From Verrucomicrobiota bacterium (GTDB lineage: Bacteria > Verrucomicrobiota > Verrucomicrobiia > Limisphaerales > UBA9464): 64,000 bases of DNA. The DNA lies in the NCBI GenBank assembly GCA_016871805.1, contig VHCG01000014.1, positions 1,205 to 65,204 of the forward strand, written 5' to 3'. The translations under genes were made by a program, and so were the position numbers. Under the pieces are notes generated by a model. That model had not been told where the DNA came from. It was given only the letters and a program-made list of their open reading frames with translations, and did no database searches. The first letter of the stretch is position 1. Every line of letters starts with the position of its first letter. Shown here piece after piece: positions 38,677 through 48,352 of this stretch.

Positions 38677-39536
38677 TGGAGTCCCTGCTCACGCCGTTCG
38701 GATACGAGTACCTGGTTCGGGCGCTCTGGGTATGTGCGCTCGTCGGCGGGGTCGGAGGGCTGCTGTCGTGCTTCGTGACCCTGAAGGGATGGTCCCTGAT
38801 GGGGGACGCACTGTCCCATGCGGTGGTTCCAGGCGTCGCGGTCGCCGGCATCCTTGGACTCCCCTTCTCGGTGGGTGCGGCGTTCGCCGCGATGCTTGCC
38901 ACCGCGGGCATGGGCTTCCTCAGGGCCCGTACGCCCCTGAGGGAGGATGCGGTCATCGGCATCGTGTTCACGACCTTCTTCGCGCTGGGCCTGCTGCTGC
39001 TCTCCCTGCGCCCCGCCGGCATCAACCTCCGCACGATCGTGTTCGGAAACGTCCTTGGGATCGACCCGGCCGACAGCCGTCAGCTTGTCGCGATCTCGTT
39101 CGGGACGCTGGCGATCCTCGCCGTTCGGTGGCGTGATCTGGTCCTGTTCTGCTTCGACACGAACCAGGCCCGGTCCATCGGACTGAACACCGCCGTGCTG
39201 CACGGCACCCTGCTCACGCTTCTCTCGGCAACCGCCGTGGCCTCGCTCCAGACGGTCGGTGCCGTCCTCGTGGTGGCCACCCTGGTCACACCCGGGGCGA
39301 CGGCCTATCTGCTCACGGACCGTTTTGGTCGGATGCTGATCCTCTCCGGGACACTGGGCGCCTCGACCGCCGCCTGCGGGGCCTACCTGAGCTACTTCGT
39401 GGACGGATCGACCGGCGGCTGCATCGTGGTCCTCCAGACCGCGGGATTCCTGGCCGCCTGGGTGTTCGCCCCCCGGCACGGCCTCCTCGGGAACCGGTGG
39501 CGGCGTGGATGGCGTAGGACGGGAGGAACCCCGTGA
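38673..39536 (+). CDS. Metal ABC transporter permease
   Basis: ABC-3 family pattern (KGWSLMGDALSHAVVPGVA). Confidence 0.9.
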   Translation: MMESLLTPFGYEYLVRALWVCALVGGVGGLLSCFVTLKGWSLMGDALSHAVVPGVAVAGILGLPFSVGAAFAAMLATAGMGFLRARTPLREDAVIGIVFTTFFALGLLLLSLRPAGINLRTIVFGNVLGIDPADSRQLVAISFGTLAILAVRWRDLVLFCFDTNQARSIGLNTAVLHGTLLTLLSATAVASLQTVGAVLVVATLVTPGATAYLLTDRFGRMLILSGTLGASTAACGAYLSYFVDGSTGGCIVVLQTAGFLAAWVFAPRHGLLGNRWRRGWRRTGGTP

Positions 39537-40402
39537 GCTGGTCGTCCCCCTTCGAGCACGAGTTCATGAGGACCGCACTGCTCATGGCGGTGATGGTCGG
39601 CACGGTCTGCGCGGTCTTCTCCTGCTTCTTGGTCCTGAAGGGTTGGTCGCTGATGGGGGACGCTGTCGCCCATGCCGTCCTTCCGGGAATCGTGATCGCC
39701 TACTGGGCAGGTCTACCACTCAGTATAGGCGCCTTCGCCTCCGGTCTCCTCTGCGCCGTCGGCTCGGGCTACATCCGGAGCCGAAGCCGGGTGAAGGAGG
39801 ACACCGTCCTGGGCGTGGTCTTCACCGGCTTGTTCGGACTCGGGCTCGTCCTCTTCACGAAGGTCGAGTCCGACCAGCACCTCAACCACATCCTGTTCGG
39901 CAACCTCCTGGGCATCCCGAGGGCGGAGCTGATGTGGACTTGGACCACCGGGATCCTGACCCTCGCCATCATCACCCTGAGGCACCGGGATCTGCTTCTG
40001 TTCTGCTTCGACTCGGGGCAGGCGCGGAGCATCGGGCTGAGCCCTGCCCGGCTCAATCTCATCCTGCTGGGGCTCCTGGCCCTGACGATCGTCACGGCGC
40101 TGCAGGCAGTCGGGGTGATTCTCGTGGTCGCGATGCTGGTCACCCCGGGCTGCCTGGGCTTCCTCATGGCGGACCGGTTTCCAAGGATGGTGGGGTTTGC
40201 GGTGGCCTCGGCGGTTCTCGCCGCGGTCTCGGGAACCTATGTGAGCTTCTTTCTCAACGCGTCGACCGGTGCCTGCATCGTTCTTGCCCAAGCCCTCTTC
40301 TTCGGTGCCGCACTCGTTCTTTCTCCCCGAAAGGGACTCGCGATCCTGCATAGGCGGGGTCGCAAGGCTGCGGACCGCGCACCCGATCCACTTCACGGCT
40401 GA
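39533..40402 (+). CDS. Metal ABC transporter permease (second subunit)
   Basis: Paralogue of the previous gene (KGWSLMGDAVAHAVLPGIV). Confidence 0.9.
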   Translation: MSWSSPFEHEFMRTALLMAVMVGTVCAVFSCFLVLKGWSLMGDAVAHAVLPGIVIAYWAGLPLSIGAFASGLLCAVGSGYIRSRSRVKEDTVLGVVFTGLFGLGLVLFTKVESDQHLNHILFGNLLGIPRAELMWTWTTGILTLAIITLRHRDLLLFCFDSGQARSIGLSPARLNLILLGLLALTIVTALQAVGVILVVAMLVTPGCLGFLMADRFPRMVGFAVASAVLAAVSGTYVSFFLNASTGACIVLAQALFFGAALVLSPRKGLAILHRRGRKAADRAPDPLHG

Positions 40403-40419
40403 CCCATAGACCAAGGGCC

Positions 40420-41358
40420 TCACCGCTGCCGGCGACGGACTCCAAAGACATTCCCGACCGGATGCGGGAGGCCAGGATACAGGGGGTTTCTTGGGCGATT
40501 CAGGACAGCGCCTCCGATCCATGAGCCCGCGATGGCGAGGGTGGTGGACGCTCCCCCATCCATCCGGATGGCATCCGAAGCGCCCAGCTCGCCGATGAGA
40601 TCCGACGCCTCATTGGCGTTGAGACCTTCGCTGTATCCGGGCTGCTTTCCGTCCACGACTAGGAAGTAGAGCCACCGTTGGTCGGGAGAGACCCCGACCA
40701 GGGTCACGGCGTCCACCTCCGTATTCTCAAAGGTGTTGGTACCCCCTCGCCGCACGACCAGAAATCCACCAGCACCCCACCGGACATCCGGGATCTGACC
40801 GGGGACCTGGAGCATGCGGATGCCCCCTTTGGCGTCCACGATCAGGGCATCGAGATTGGAGACCGGGGTCGACCACCACTGTCCGTCCGAGACCGCAAGC
40901 CCATCAAGGCGGACTCCGCCACCGGGAAGGATCGGCTCTGGGACGAACGGGGTGGCATTGACGACCGCGACGAGTCCGTTGTTCCTCAGCGTGGAGAGAG
41001 GCCAATCGGCCCGGATGCGGCTATCCCCGGCGGGACGTGCCTGGGGGACCACCAGCTCGAGATCCCCTCGACCCAGGTCAAACCTCAGAACATGGCCGCG
41101 AATCTGGCGGGGCAGGGACCGGTGGAACCGGCAGTGATCCACCCCGGGTTCACGTGTCGTCCAGGGTTCGAACCCGGGACCTGCCAGAGGCCACGTCTCA
41201 AGAAAGGCCGGACCCCGGAGCCCACCCCAGACCAGCCACAGGAAGAACGCCATGCCCGGAGCGAGGAGGGCCGCCAGAAGACGCCAGTAGGGCCGGGGGC
41301 GACGATGGGTTCGGTCTCGGCTGCGTCCTCTCATGGTGCTGGATCCCGTCGGGGTCAC
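40420..41358 (-). CDS. Phosphodiester glycosidase family protein (DUF2233)
   Basis: N-terminal TM/signal segment, then ...YFLVVDGKQPGYSEGLNANEASDLIGELGASDAIRMDGGASTTL. Confidence 0.75.
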   Translation of the reverse strand: MTPTGSSTMRGRSRDRTHRRPRPYWRLLAALLAPGMAFFLWLVWGGLRGPAFLETWPLAGPGFEPWTTREPGVDHCRFHRSLPRQIRGHVLRFDLGRGDLELVVPQARPAGDSRIRADWPLSTLRNNGLVAVVNATPFVPEPILPGGGVRLDGLAVSDGQWWSTPVSNLDALIVDAKGGIRMLQVPGQIPDVRWGAGGFLVVRRGGTNTFENTEVDAVTLVGVSPDQRWLYFLVVDGKQPGYSEGLNANEASDLIGELGASDAIRMDGGASTTLAIAGSWIGGAVLNRPRNPLYPGLPHPVGNVFGVRRRQR

Positions 41359-42518
41359 CAGACCTCGACCGGCCCCTGAGGGACCGGGATGGCGGAGCGT
41401 GTGGTACTGGGCGGTGCTTCGTCTGTCGACGCATATCCCAGAGCGAGTGGGGCCGGCCGATACCGGGGCAGGAGATCACCGGTGCCGTCACAGAACTGTG
41501 CCCTCCAACGGAGATAGTCCGCGACGATTCCTTGGAACTCCTCCCGGGAGACGAGTCGGACCACCCGCTTGTTGAACTCGGCAACCGGACCGAAGCGCCG
41601 CGAGTACCACGGAGCCACCTTCCGGAACATCACGCATCCGTGCTCCTCGCCAAACACCTCGATCATGAGATCCAGATGCCGGTTCATGATGCGGATGCGC
41701 TCCTCGAGCCCGGGCTCCGGAGACGCCTCGCCCGTGGCCAGGTGCTGTCGGATCCGCCGAAAGATCCACGGGTCATAGAAGGCGCCCCGCCCGATGCTCA
41801 CCCCGGCGCAACCGGTCTCGCGCAGCATGCAGGCCGCGGCCTCGGGGGTGGTGACGTCTCCGTTGCCGATGACCGGAATGGACCGGACCGCCTCCACGAC
41901 CGCGCGGATTCCCCGGAGGTTGACGCAGCCCGAGAAGCCCTGTTCCCGGGTGCGTCCATGGACAAACACGGCCGCCACTCCGGCATCCTCGAGAGCCCGG
42001 GCCAGATCCGGTGCGGTCAGATTCTCGTCATCCCATCCCAGCCGCATCTTGGCCGTCACCGGGATCCGCAAGGCCTCCACCATGCTCCGAACCAGACGGG
42101 CGGTACGGTCCCGTTCCGTCATCATCGCCGAGCCCCCGCCCACCCGGCAGACCTTGCGGACCGGGCAGCCCATGTTGATGTCGATGGAATGGACGCCCCG
42201 TTCCTGGAGGAACACGGCCGCATCACGCATCTCCTCGGGAACCGACCCGAAGAGCTGGACCGCCAGGGGCCGGTCCGTCTCGTGGGTCTCGATGAGCTTC
42301 AGAGCCTTGCGATTCCTCTCGAGCAGGGAGCGGGCGTTGACCAGGTCGGTCGTGCAGAGGTCCACTCCGCCCAGCTCCCGGACGACGCGCCGGAACGGGA
42401 GATTGGTGTAGCCCGCCAGCGGGGACAGGAAGAGGTTCGAACGGAGCTCGAGCCGGCCGATCCGGAGGGCCGGGGAGGCAGCCGCTTCGGGAAGCGTCTG
42501 GGACATCGTCGGGATCAC
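41355..42518 (-). CDS. tRNA-dihydrouridine synthase (Dus family)
   Basis: LSPLAGYTNLPFRRV...DINMGCPVRKV...GGSAMM...VTAKMRLGWD...VHGRTREQ. Confidence 0.9.
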   Translation of the reverse strand: MIPTMSQTLPEAAASPALRIGRLELRSNLFLSPLAGYTNLPFRRVVRELGGVDLCTTDLVNARSLLERNRKALKLIETHETDRPLAVQLFGSVPEEMRDAAVFLQERGVHSIDINMGCPVRKVCRVGGGSAMMTERDRTARLVRSMVEALRIPVTAKMRLGWDDENLTAPDLARALEDAGVAAVFVHGRTREQGFSGCVNLRGIRAVVEAVRSIPVIGNGDVTTPEAAACMLRETGCAGVSIGRGAFYDPWIFRRIRQHLATGEASPEPGLEERIRIMNRHLDLMIEVFGEEHGCVMFRKVAPWYSRRFGPVAEFNKRVVRLVSREEFQGIVADYLRWRAQFCDGTGDLLPRYRPAPLALGYASTDEAPPSTTRSAIPVPQGPVEVW

Positions 42519-43096
42519 TCGCCCTTGGCGGTGTTCTTCCGGCTCTTTGAGGCGTTCGCCGGGGTCTTGGTCGTCTTCGGCTTCGGCTTCGGAGCGGCCT
42601 TGGTGGGCGATTGGGACTTGGGCTGGACCTTGTTCCCCGACTTGGGCCTGACCGGCTCAGGTGGCACCACATTGAGGGTGAACTCGGAGGACCAGACCGA
42701 CCGACCCACGACGAGAGCCCCGGCCCGGAGGGTGTGGTTGCCGGCTGGGACATTGGCCACCTGGAAGCGCCATCGTCCGTCTGGAGGAACCACCAGGGGA
42801 TCTCCCAGCGGATCCGAGTACCAGTAAAGCCGCACAACGGATCCCGGATGGGCCAACCCCTCCACGACCAGGGTCTGTCCTGACACGAAGGTCGTGCCCG
42901 GTACGGGACTCAGCCACGTCGTGGGCTGGAGCGTTGGCGCCGGCGCGGGTGTCGGACGCGCAGGAGCGACCCGAGGGGTCGGCAGCACGAAGAGTAGGCC
43001 TCCGAGCAGGAGGATCAGCACCGGCACAGCCAGATGGGCCGTGTCGAATCCGGGCTCCCAGAGTGAGGGACGGCGTGGTGGAAAGGAGCCCTCCAT
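42515..43096 (-). CDS. Single-pass membrane protein with an Ig-like domain and a Lys/Pro-rich tail, function unknown
   Basis: It has a TM segment (AVPVLILLLGGLLFVLP), a beta-rich middle and the tail KPKPKTTKTPANASKSRK. It overlaps the dus start by 4 bp. Confidence 0.6.
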   Translation of the reverse strand: MEGSFPPRRPSLWEPGFDTAHLAVPVLILLLGGLLFVLPTPRVAPARPTPAPAPTLQPTTWLSPVPGTTFVSGQTLVVEGLAHPGSVVRLYWYSDPLGDPLVVPPDGRWRFQVANVPAGNHTLRAGALVVGRSVWSSEFTLNVVPPEPVRPKSGNKVQPKSQSPTKAAPKPKPKTTKTPANASKSRKNTAKGE

Positions 43097-43099
43097 GCG

Positions 43100-44653
43100 T
43101 CAGTCCCCCTTCTCCGCCTTGAGCGCGGCCAGCTCCGCGGCGAGCTCGTTCCGTTCCCGGGTCATGAGCTCCAGCTCTATGGCCAGCGACTCGTCGCCGC
43201 CGCCGGCGGCTGCCGCCTCGCGAAGGCGTTCCAGCTCCCGTTGCCCATCCTCATGGGAACGGGTGGTCGCCAGAAGCTCGGCCTCGATTTCCTGGACCTT
43301 CTGCTCCCAGTCGGAAGCCCGACGCTCCTGCTCCCTCAGCGATTCCTTCAGGGTGGTGATTTCCTCGCTCGAGGAGCCATCCTGCGATGACCGGGACTCA
43401 CCCTGCGCATTCCAACGCTCCTGCAGCTCGACCACCCGCGCCTCGAGCTCGGTGATGGTCTTCCTCGACTGGGCCGCCTGCTGCTGCTCAACCATCAACT
43501 CCTGCAATGCCGCGTCATCGGGGCCCGCAACCGGGGTCTTGGATCGGCCCTCAAGCTCCTTCTCGAGACTCCTGCGGGTCGCGTGGGCCGCCTCGAGGTT
43601 GGCCTCGGTCTGGGCCAGCCTGCCCTTCAGGGACGCCGACTCCTCGGCCGCCTCGCCAAGCTGGTCGGCGAGCTGCTTCACCTCCTCGATCCGGGCCTTC
43701 AGCTTCGTCTCCGCGACGGACATCGACTGGCGGACATCCTCCAACTCGGCCTCGAGGGTGGACCGCCGCTGGGTCTCGGTCGCCAGCTCGGCGGCCCCCT
43801 TGGCTTCGCGATCCCGGGATTCCGCCAACGCCGCGATGCTCTCCTGAAGGGCAGTCTCGGCTCTCACCCTCTGTCCAGAGACGGCCTGGAGTTCGGACTC
43901 GAGCGCGGTGCGTCGATCCCTCTCCGCGGCGAGCTCGTTGCCAATGCGGGTCTCTACGACCCGGGCCTCTGCAAGCGCCCGCTCCACCGGACCGAGGGCA
44001 CCCCGGGACTCCAGCAGATTGATCTCCGCCCGGGCCTGTATGTCCTGCGATTCCAACAGACCGGCCTCGACGGTCTCACGACGCTTTGCCTCGGACGCGA
44101 GCTCGAGTTCGAGCTCGGCGACACGGCCCAGGCTGGCCTCGTGATCTGCCGTGACCTGGTCCAGATGGGCCTGCAGGCCGGAAACGGCACCGGATTCCGC
44201 CCGGAGACGGGCCTCCTGCTCCTCGAGACGCAGGCGAAGGTCGAGGACCTCCCCGGAAAGCGACTCCCTCTCCCGGTTCAGGGAGGCGACTTCCGCCTCG
44301 ACCGTTGACACCGCGGCCTCAAGAGCCAGCCGCCTTGAATCCAGCTCTGTGTTCTGGCTTTCCAAGGCCGAAAGCTTGCTGCGGGCAGCGGTCAGGAGGG
44401 ACTCCGAGACCGCCCGCCCCTTCTCACTCGCGTCCAGTTCCGCCAGTTTGGCCTTCAGCTCGGTCTGGCAGCGTCCATGGGCAAAGCGTTCCGAGTCGAG
44501 CTCTTCGCCGCGACGTCGGGCGGCATCACGGGCATCCGCCAAGGGTCGACGGAAATACCAGACCTCTAGGACCCACTCGAGGAGGACCCCCAGGAGCAAG
44601 GCGATCAGAAGCCATACCACGGGGTGTTGGGCCACGGACTGGATCATAGGCAT
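43100..44653 (-). CDS. Membrane-anchored long coiled-coil protein, function unknown
   Basis: N-terminal TM segment, then about 480 aa rich in E/A/L/R with heptad-like character. Confidence 0.7.
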   Translation of the reverse strand: MPMIQSVAQHPVVWLLIALLLGVLLEWVLEVWYFRRPLADARDAARRRGEELDSERFAHGRCQTELKAKLAELDASEKGRAVSESLLTAARSKLSALESQNTELDSRRLALEAAVSTVEAEVASLNRERESLSGEVLDLRLRLEEQEARLRAESGAVSGLQAHLDQVTADHEASLGRVAELELELASEAKRRETVEAGLLESQDIQARAEINLLESRGALGPVERALAEARVVETRIGNELAAERDRRTALESELQAVSGQRVRAETALQESIAALAESRDREAKGAAELATETQRRSTLEAELEDVRQSMSVAETKLKARIEEVKQLADQLGEAAEESASLKGRLAQTEANLEAAHATRRSLEKELEGRSKTPVAGPDDAALQELMVEQQQAAQSRKTITELEARVVELQERWNAQGESRSSQDGSSSEEITTLKESLREQERRASDWEQKVQEIEAELLATTRSHEDGQRELERLREAAAAGGGDESLAIELELMTRERNELAAELAALKAEKGD

Positions 44654-44839
44654 CAGGGTAACCTCGGTGATGTTATGGAACGGGTGGGAGAAAGGAAGTT
44701 GAGAGATGGGATAAACACGTATGCCTGGAGGTATCCCGGCCGCGACGGAAACGACAGTCCACTGGAAGATCGGTGGGGGCAGATATAAGGGTACCCACCT
44801 GTGGGGAGGGAATGGCGGACCTGATCCGAACCTCCGGAA

Positions 44840-46270
44840 TCAACGGGCCCGCTGGGTCAGCGCCGCCTTGCCGATGTCGGTGATGACATCCCAGGCAGGT
44901 CCCGGGAATTTGTGCATGCCGACCATCACTTCCTCGAATGCCTCGAGGAACCAGCGCACATCGGACTCTCCGATCACGAACGGAGGCAGGAGCTTCACCA
45001 CGTCGATCGCGTGCCCCGCCACCTGGGTGATAATGTGGTGGCGGCTCATCAGCGGCATCACACAGGCCTGCGGAAACAGGCTCTTGTCGAGGCCATGGCA
45101 GATGCCCCAGGCCGTCTTGAGCGTGAGGGACCTTGGGGAGCCGAACTCGATCCCCATCATCAGTCCGCGCCAGCGGACCTCCTTCATGAACTCGAACCGG
45201 GGAATCATCGCACGGAGCCCCTCACCCAGCAGGTTGCCCATGCGATCCGCGTTCTGCATCAGTCCCTGCCGGTCGATGACGTCGAGGGCCGCGAGGCCGG
45301 CCGCCATCGCGAAGTTGCCCTGGCTGAAGGTGGAGCTGTGCACCACAGACCGCTGCATGCTCGAGAAGACCTTGTCATGGATCCAGCGCTTGCAGAGGAC
45401 GGCGGCGACCGGGACGAAGCCAGCCGAGAGTGTCTTGGAGAGCACCACGATGTCAGGATCCACTTCCGGACCGTCGTGCGCGATCGCGAGAAATTTCCCG
45501 GTGCGGCCCATGCCCGACTGCACTTCGTCGTCGATGAACAGCGCACCGTACTTCCGGCACAGGCGCTGGGCCGCCAGGAGGTATCCTGGGGAACCGATGT
45601 AGACCCCCTTGCCCTGGATGGGCTCCACGACGAACGCGGCCACGTCGCCTTTGCGGAGCTCGGCCTCGAGAGCCTCGAGGTTGTTGAATTCGATCATCCG
45701 GCATTCAGGAAGATACGGCTCGAATCCTGAACGGAAGCTGTCGTCCCCGTTCACGGAGAGCGCCCCGTAGGTGAGGCCATGATAGGCCTTCTTGCAGTGG
45801 ATGATGCCTGCCTTTCCGGTGGCGCATTTCGCGTACTTGATGGCCGCCTCGACACCCTCGGCGCCGGAGTTGGCGAAGAAGACCATGTCGAGGTCGTTGG
45901 GCATCCGCTTCTTCAGCTCCTCCGCCAGGATTCCCGACAGCAGCGGCGCCTCCATCTTCACAAGACTCGGGTACTCGGCATCGAGGAACTCCTTCAGCAC
46001 CCGTCGCACATCCGGATGGTTCCGCCCCAGTCCAAACACCCCGTACCCCGACAGCATGTCGAGGTACCGGGTGCCCTCGACGTCCCACAGATACGGGCCC
46101 TCGGCACGGACGTAGCAGTGGTCGAACCCGATGGTCTTGAGCGTCTTGACGTTCGCCGGGTTCACATGGGCCGCGTGGAGGTCGTAGTTGCGCCCCTGGT
46201 GCTCCTTGAGGAGCGCCACGATGTCCAAGCCCCCGGGGGCCGCCGTCTTTCCGTCGGGATCCATGACCAT
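44840..46270 (-). CDS. Class-III PLP-dependent aminotransferase (aspartate aminotransferase family)
   Basis: FANSGAEGVEAAIKYA...DEVQSGMGRTGKF...DIVVLSKTLSAG. Confidence 0.85.
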   Translation of the reverse strand: MVMDPDGKTAAPGGLDIVALLKEHQGRNYDLHAAHVNPANVKTLKTIGFDHCYVRAEGPYLWDVEGTRYLDMLSGYGVFGLGRNHPDVRRVLKEFLDAEYPSLVKMEAPLLSGILAEELKKRMPNDLDMVFFANSGAEGVEAAIKYAKCATGKAGIIHCKKAYHGLTYGALSVNGDDSFRSGFEPYLPECRMIEFNNLEALEAELRKGDVAAFVVEPIQGKGVYIGSPGYLLAAQRLCRKYGALFIDDEVQSGMGRTGKFLAIAHDGPEVDPDIVVLSKTLSAGFVPVAAVLCKRWIHDKVFSSMQRSVVHSSTFSQGNFAMAAGLAALDVIDRQGLMQNADRMGNLLGEGLRAMIPRFEFMKEVRWRGLMMGIEFGSPRSLTLKTAWGICHGLDKSLFPQACVMPLMSRHHIITQVAGHAIDVVKLLPPFVIGESDVRWFLEAFEEVMVGMHKFPGPAWDVITDIGKAALTQRAR

Positions 46271-46669
46271 GACGGATGTATCATCGCGACCGGCTCTCCC
46301 GGCAAGTCAAGCATGGCCCGGATTGACCTCTGATGGATCTTGTCGTCCCGGAGAGGCCGGGTGTCTGTGCCCGGTCCGCTGGGCGCCCGTCCCCAACACC
46401 ATGTTGTCCTGCTGCCGGGATGTCCCGAATGGACCAGCAGGTCCTGTCGGTTTTTGCCCAAAAGCCGCGATCAACACCCTCCAAGGGTCCCCTTCCCATC
46501 TTGGCATCCGTCATGCACATGGTTCCCCGTGGAACGAGCACGAGCCCATGCTCTGCAGAAGCCCGTACTACCTGCCGCCCTGGCATTCACGCCTGGGGCA
46601 CCCTTCCTGCCTTCCACCCCGAACGCGGTCGGCGAACAGGCCGATCGTGACTTCCACTGACACCACTGG

Positions 46670-46709
46670 CCCGGCGGCCCTGCTTCCACAGGCCGCCGGG
46701 TTTTCTTCC
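46670..46709 (+). terminator. Orphan strong hairpin plus T-tract with no CDS upstream
   Basis: CCCGGCGGCC-N11-GGCCGCCGGG followed by TTTTCTTCC, about 75 nt upstream of the CE15 start. Confidence 0.5.
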
Positions 46710-46783
46710 AAAGAAGACCGGATCCTCCCCCTTGGAGCCATCTGGACTTTGACGACCCAGGAAGGGGTGTTCAGGGTGTCCCC

Positions 46784-48093
46784 GTGATTCCACGTCGGTC
46801 ACCGCGTCTCCTCGTTCCGTGCTGGTGGATCACCCTTCTGCTCCAGGCGGCGGATCCGATCCCGATCAACCAGGACGAGTCCAAAGTTCCCGCCTACACC
46901 CTCCCCGACCCTCTTCGCAGTACCGCCGGTGAACCCATCCGCACTGCAGCCGACTGGTCCGGCATGCGTCGCCCCGAGGTGCTGGAGCTCTTCAGGAACC
47001 ATGTCTATGGAAGGACTCTCGAGTCCCTGCCCCGCAGTGGCTCGACCCTCGTGCCGGATCACCCGCAAGCCCGTGGCGGACGCGCCACGCGTCAACGGAT
47101 CCGGGTGCCGCTGACCCGTGGACCGGATGGACCGGCGATCGACCTGCTCGTGTATCTTCCGAATTCACGGTCCGGGAAGGTCCCGGTGTTCCTGGGGCTG
47201 AATTTCGACGGCAACCATACGGTAACCCTGGAGTCGGACATTCCACTCGCCCCGGGCTGGGTCCCCAACCGCCCCCAGTGGGGCATCACCCACAATGCCG
47301 CCACCGAGGCCTCCCGGGGATCGGCTGCCGGACGCTGGCCGATCGACCAGCTGCTGGAGCCGGGCTACGGACTCGCCACGCTGTAGTTTGCGGCGACGTT
47401 GAACCCGACCATCCGGAAGGTTGGCGCAAGGGACTCCGGGGGGCGGTGACTTCTCCGGACCTGCAGACTCCGGCTGCGGATGCCTGGGGCGCGATCGGTG
47501 CCTGGGCCTGGGGATTGACCCGGGCCCTGGATGCACTGGAAACCCACCCCCGGGTGGACGGGAAGCGCGTGGTTGTGATCGGACATTCCCGACTCGGCAA
47601 GACAGCCCTCTGGGCGGGAGCCCAGGACTCGCGGTTCGCGCTCGTGATCTCCAACGAGTCAGGCGAGGGAGGAGCCGCGCTGGCCCGACGCGACTTCGGG
47701 GAGACCTTGCTGCGGATCAACACCAGCTTTCCCCATTGGTTCTGCGGTCGGTTCAAGGCCTACAACCACAACATCGCTTCCCTGCCCGTGGATCAGCATG
47801 AGCTCATCGCACTCATCGCCCCACGGCCGGTCTACGTCGCCAGCGCCACCGAGGACCTCTGGGCCGATCCGAAGGGCGAATTCCTCGGAGCTCTGGGAGC
47901 CGAACCCGTCTATGCCCTGTTCGGGAAGAAGGGACTGGGAACACCGACCCCTCCCCAACCAGACCATCCCGTCGGCGACTGGATCGGCTATCACAACCGG
48001 TCCGGGAAGCACGACATCACGGCCTACGATTGGGAGCGGTACATGGACTTCGCCGATCGGCACCTGGGAACCCGCGGGACGGAGACCCAGTGA
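46784..48093 (+). pseudogene. CE15 glucuronoyl esterase-like serine hydrolase, frameshifted near 47380-47390
   Basis: Frame 2 ends ...[16 protein letters not shown] (TAG 47384-47386). The sequence continues in frame 1 as ..[13 protein letters not shown]...[19 protein letters not shown]...[19 protein letters not shown]. Confidence 0.7.
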
Positions 48094-48352
48094 GCCCCGT
48101 CCGGCGGACTCCAAAACAAAGTGCTCGTCGGCAGGGTCCGCCCTGATCTACAACCCCTCCGGGAAGCGTCCGGGACATTGGGTCCCGCTATCGCTGTAGA
48201 TGGTTTCACTCCGTGATGTCGAACCCGGTCCCCGGGCGGAAACACCCGGTGGTGGCGAATCCCCGAAACAGACGCGAGCGAGGTGCCCTCCTGCGTTGCC
48301 CCGGGTTCCGGGTGCAGGCAGCGCCCAGACTCCGTCACCTAGGAGAAATCAC

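Noticed and set aside
46300-46700. Possible SRP RNA, 6S RNA, RNase P RNA, tmRNA or ZTP riboswitch in the long intergenic region.
   Set aside because: I could not find the conserved cores on either strand: the SRP helix-8 GGAA tetraloop context, RNase P GAGGAAAGTCC, tmRNA ends, or ZTP GACTGGCG...CCGCCTGGG. The region is left as an unassigned structured region.
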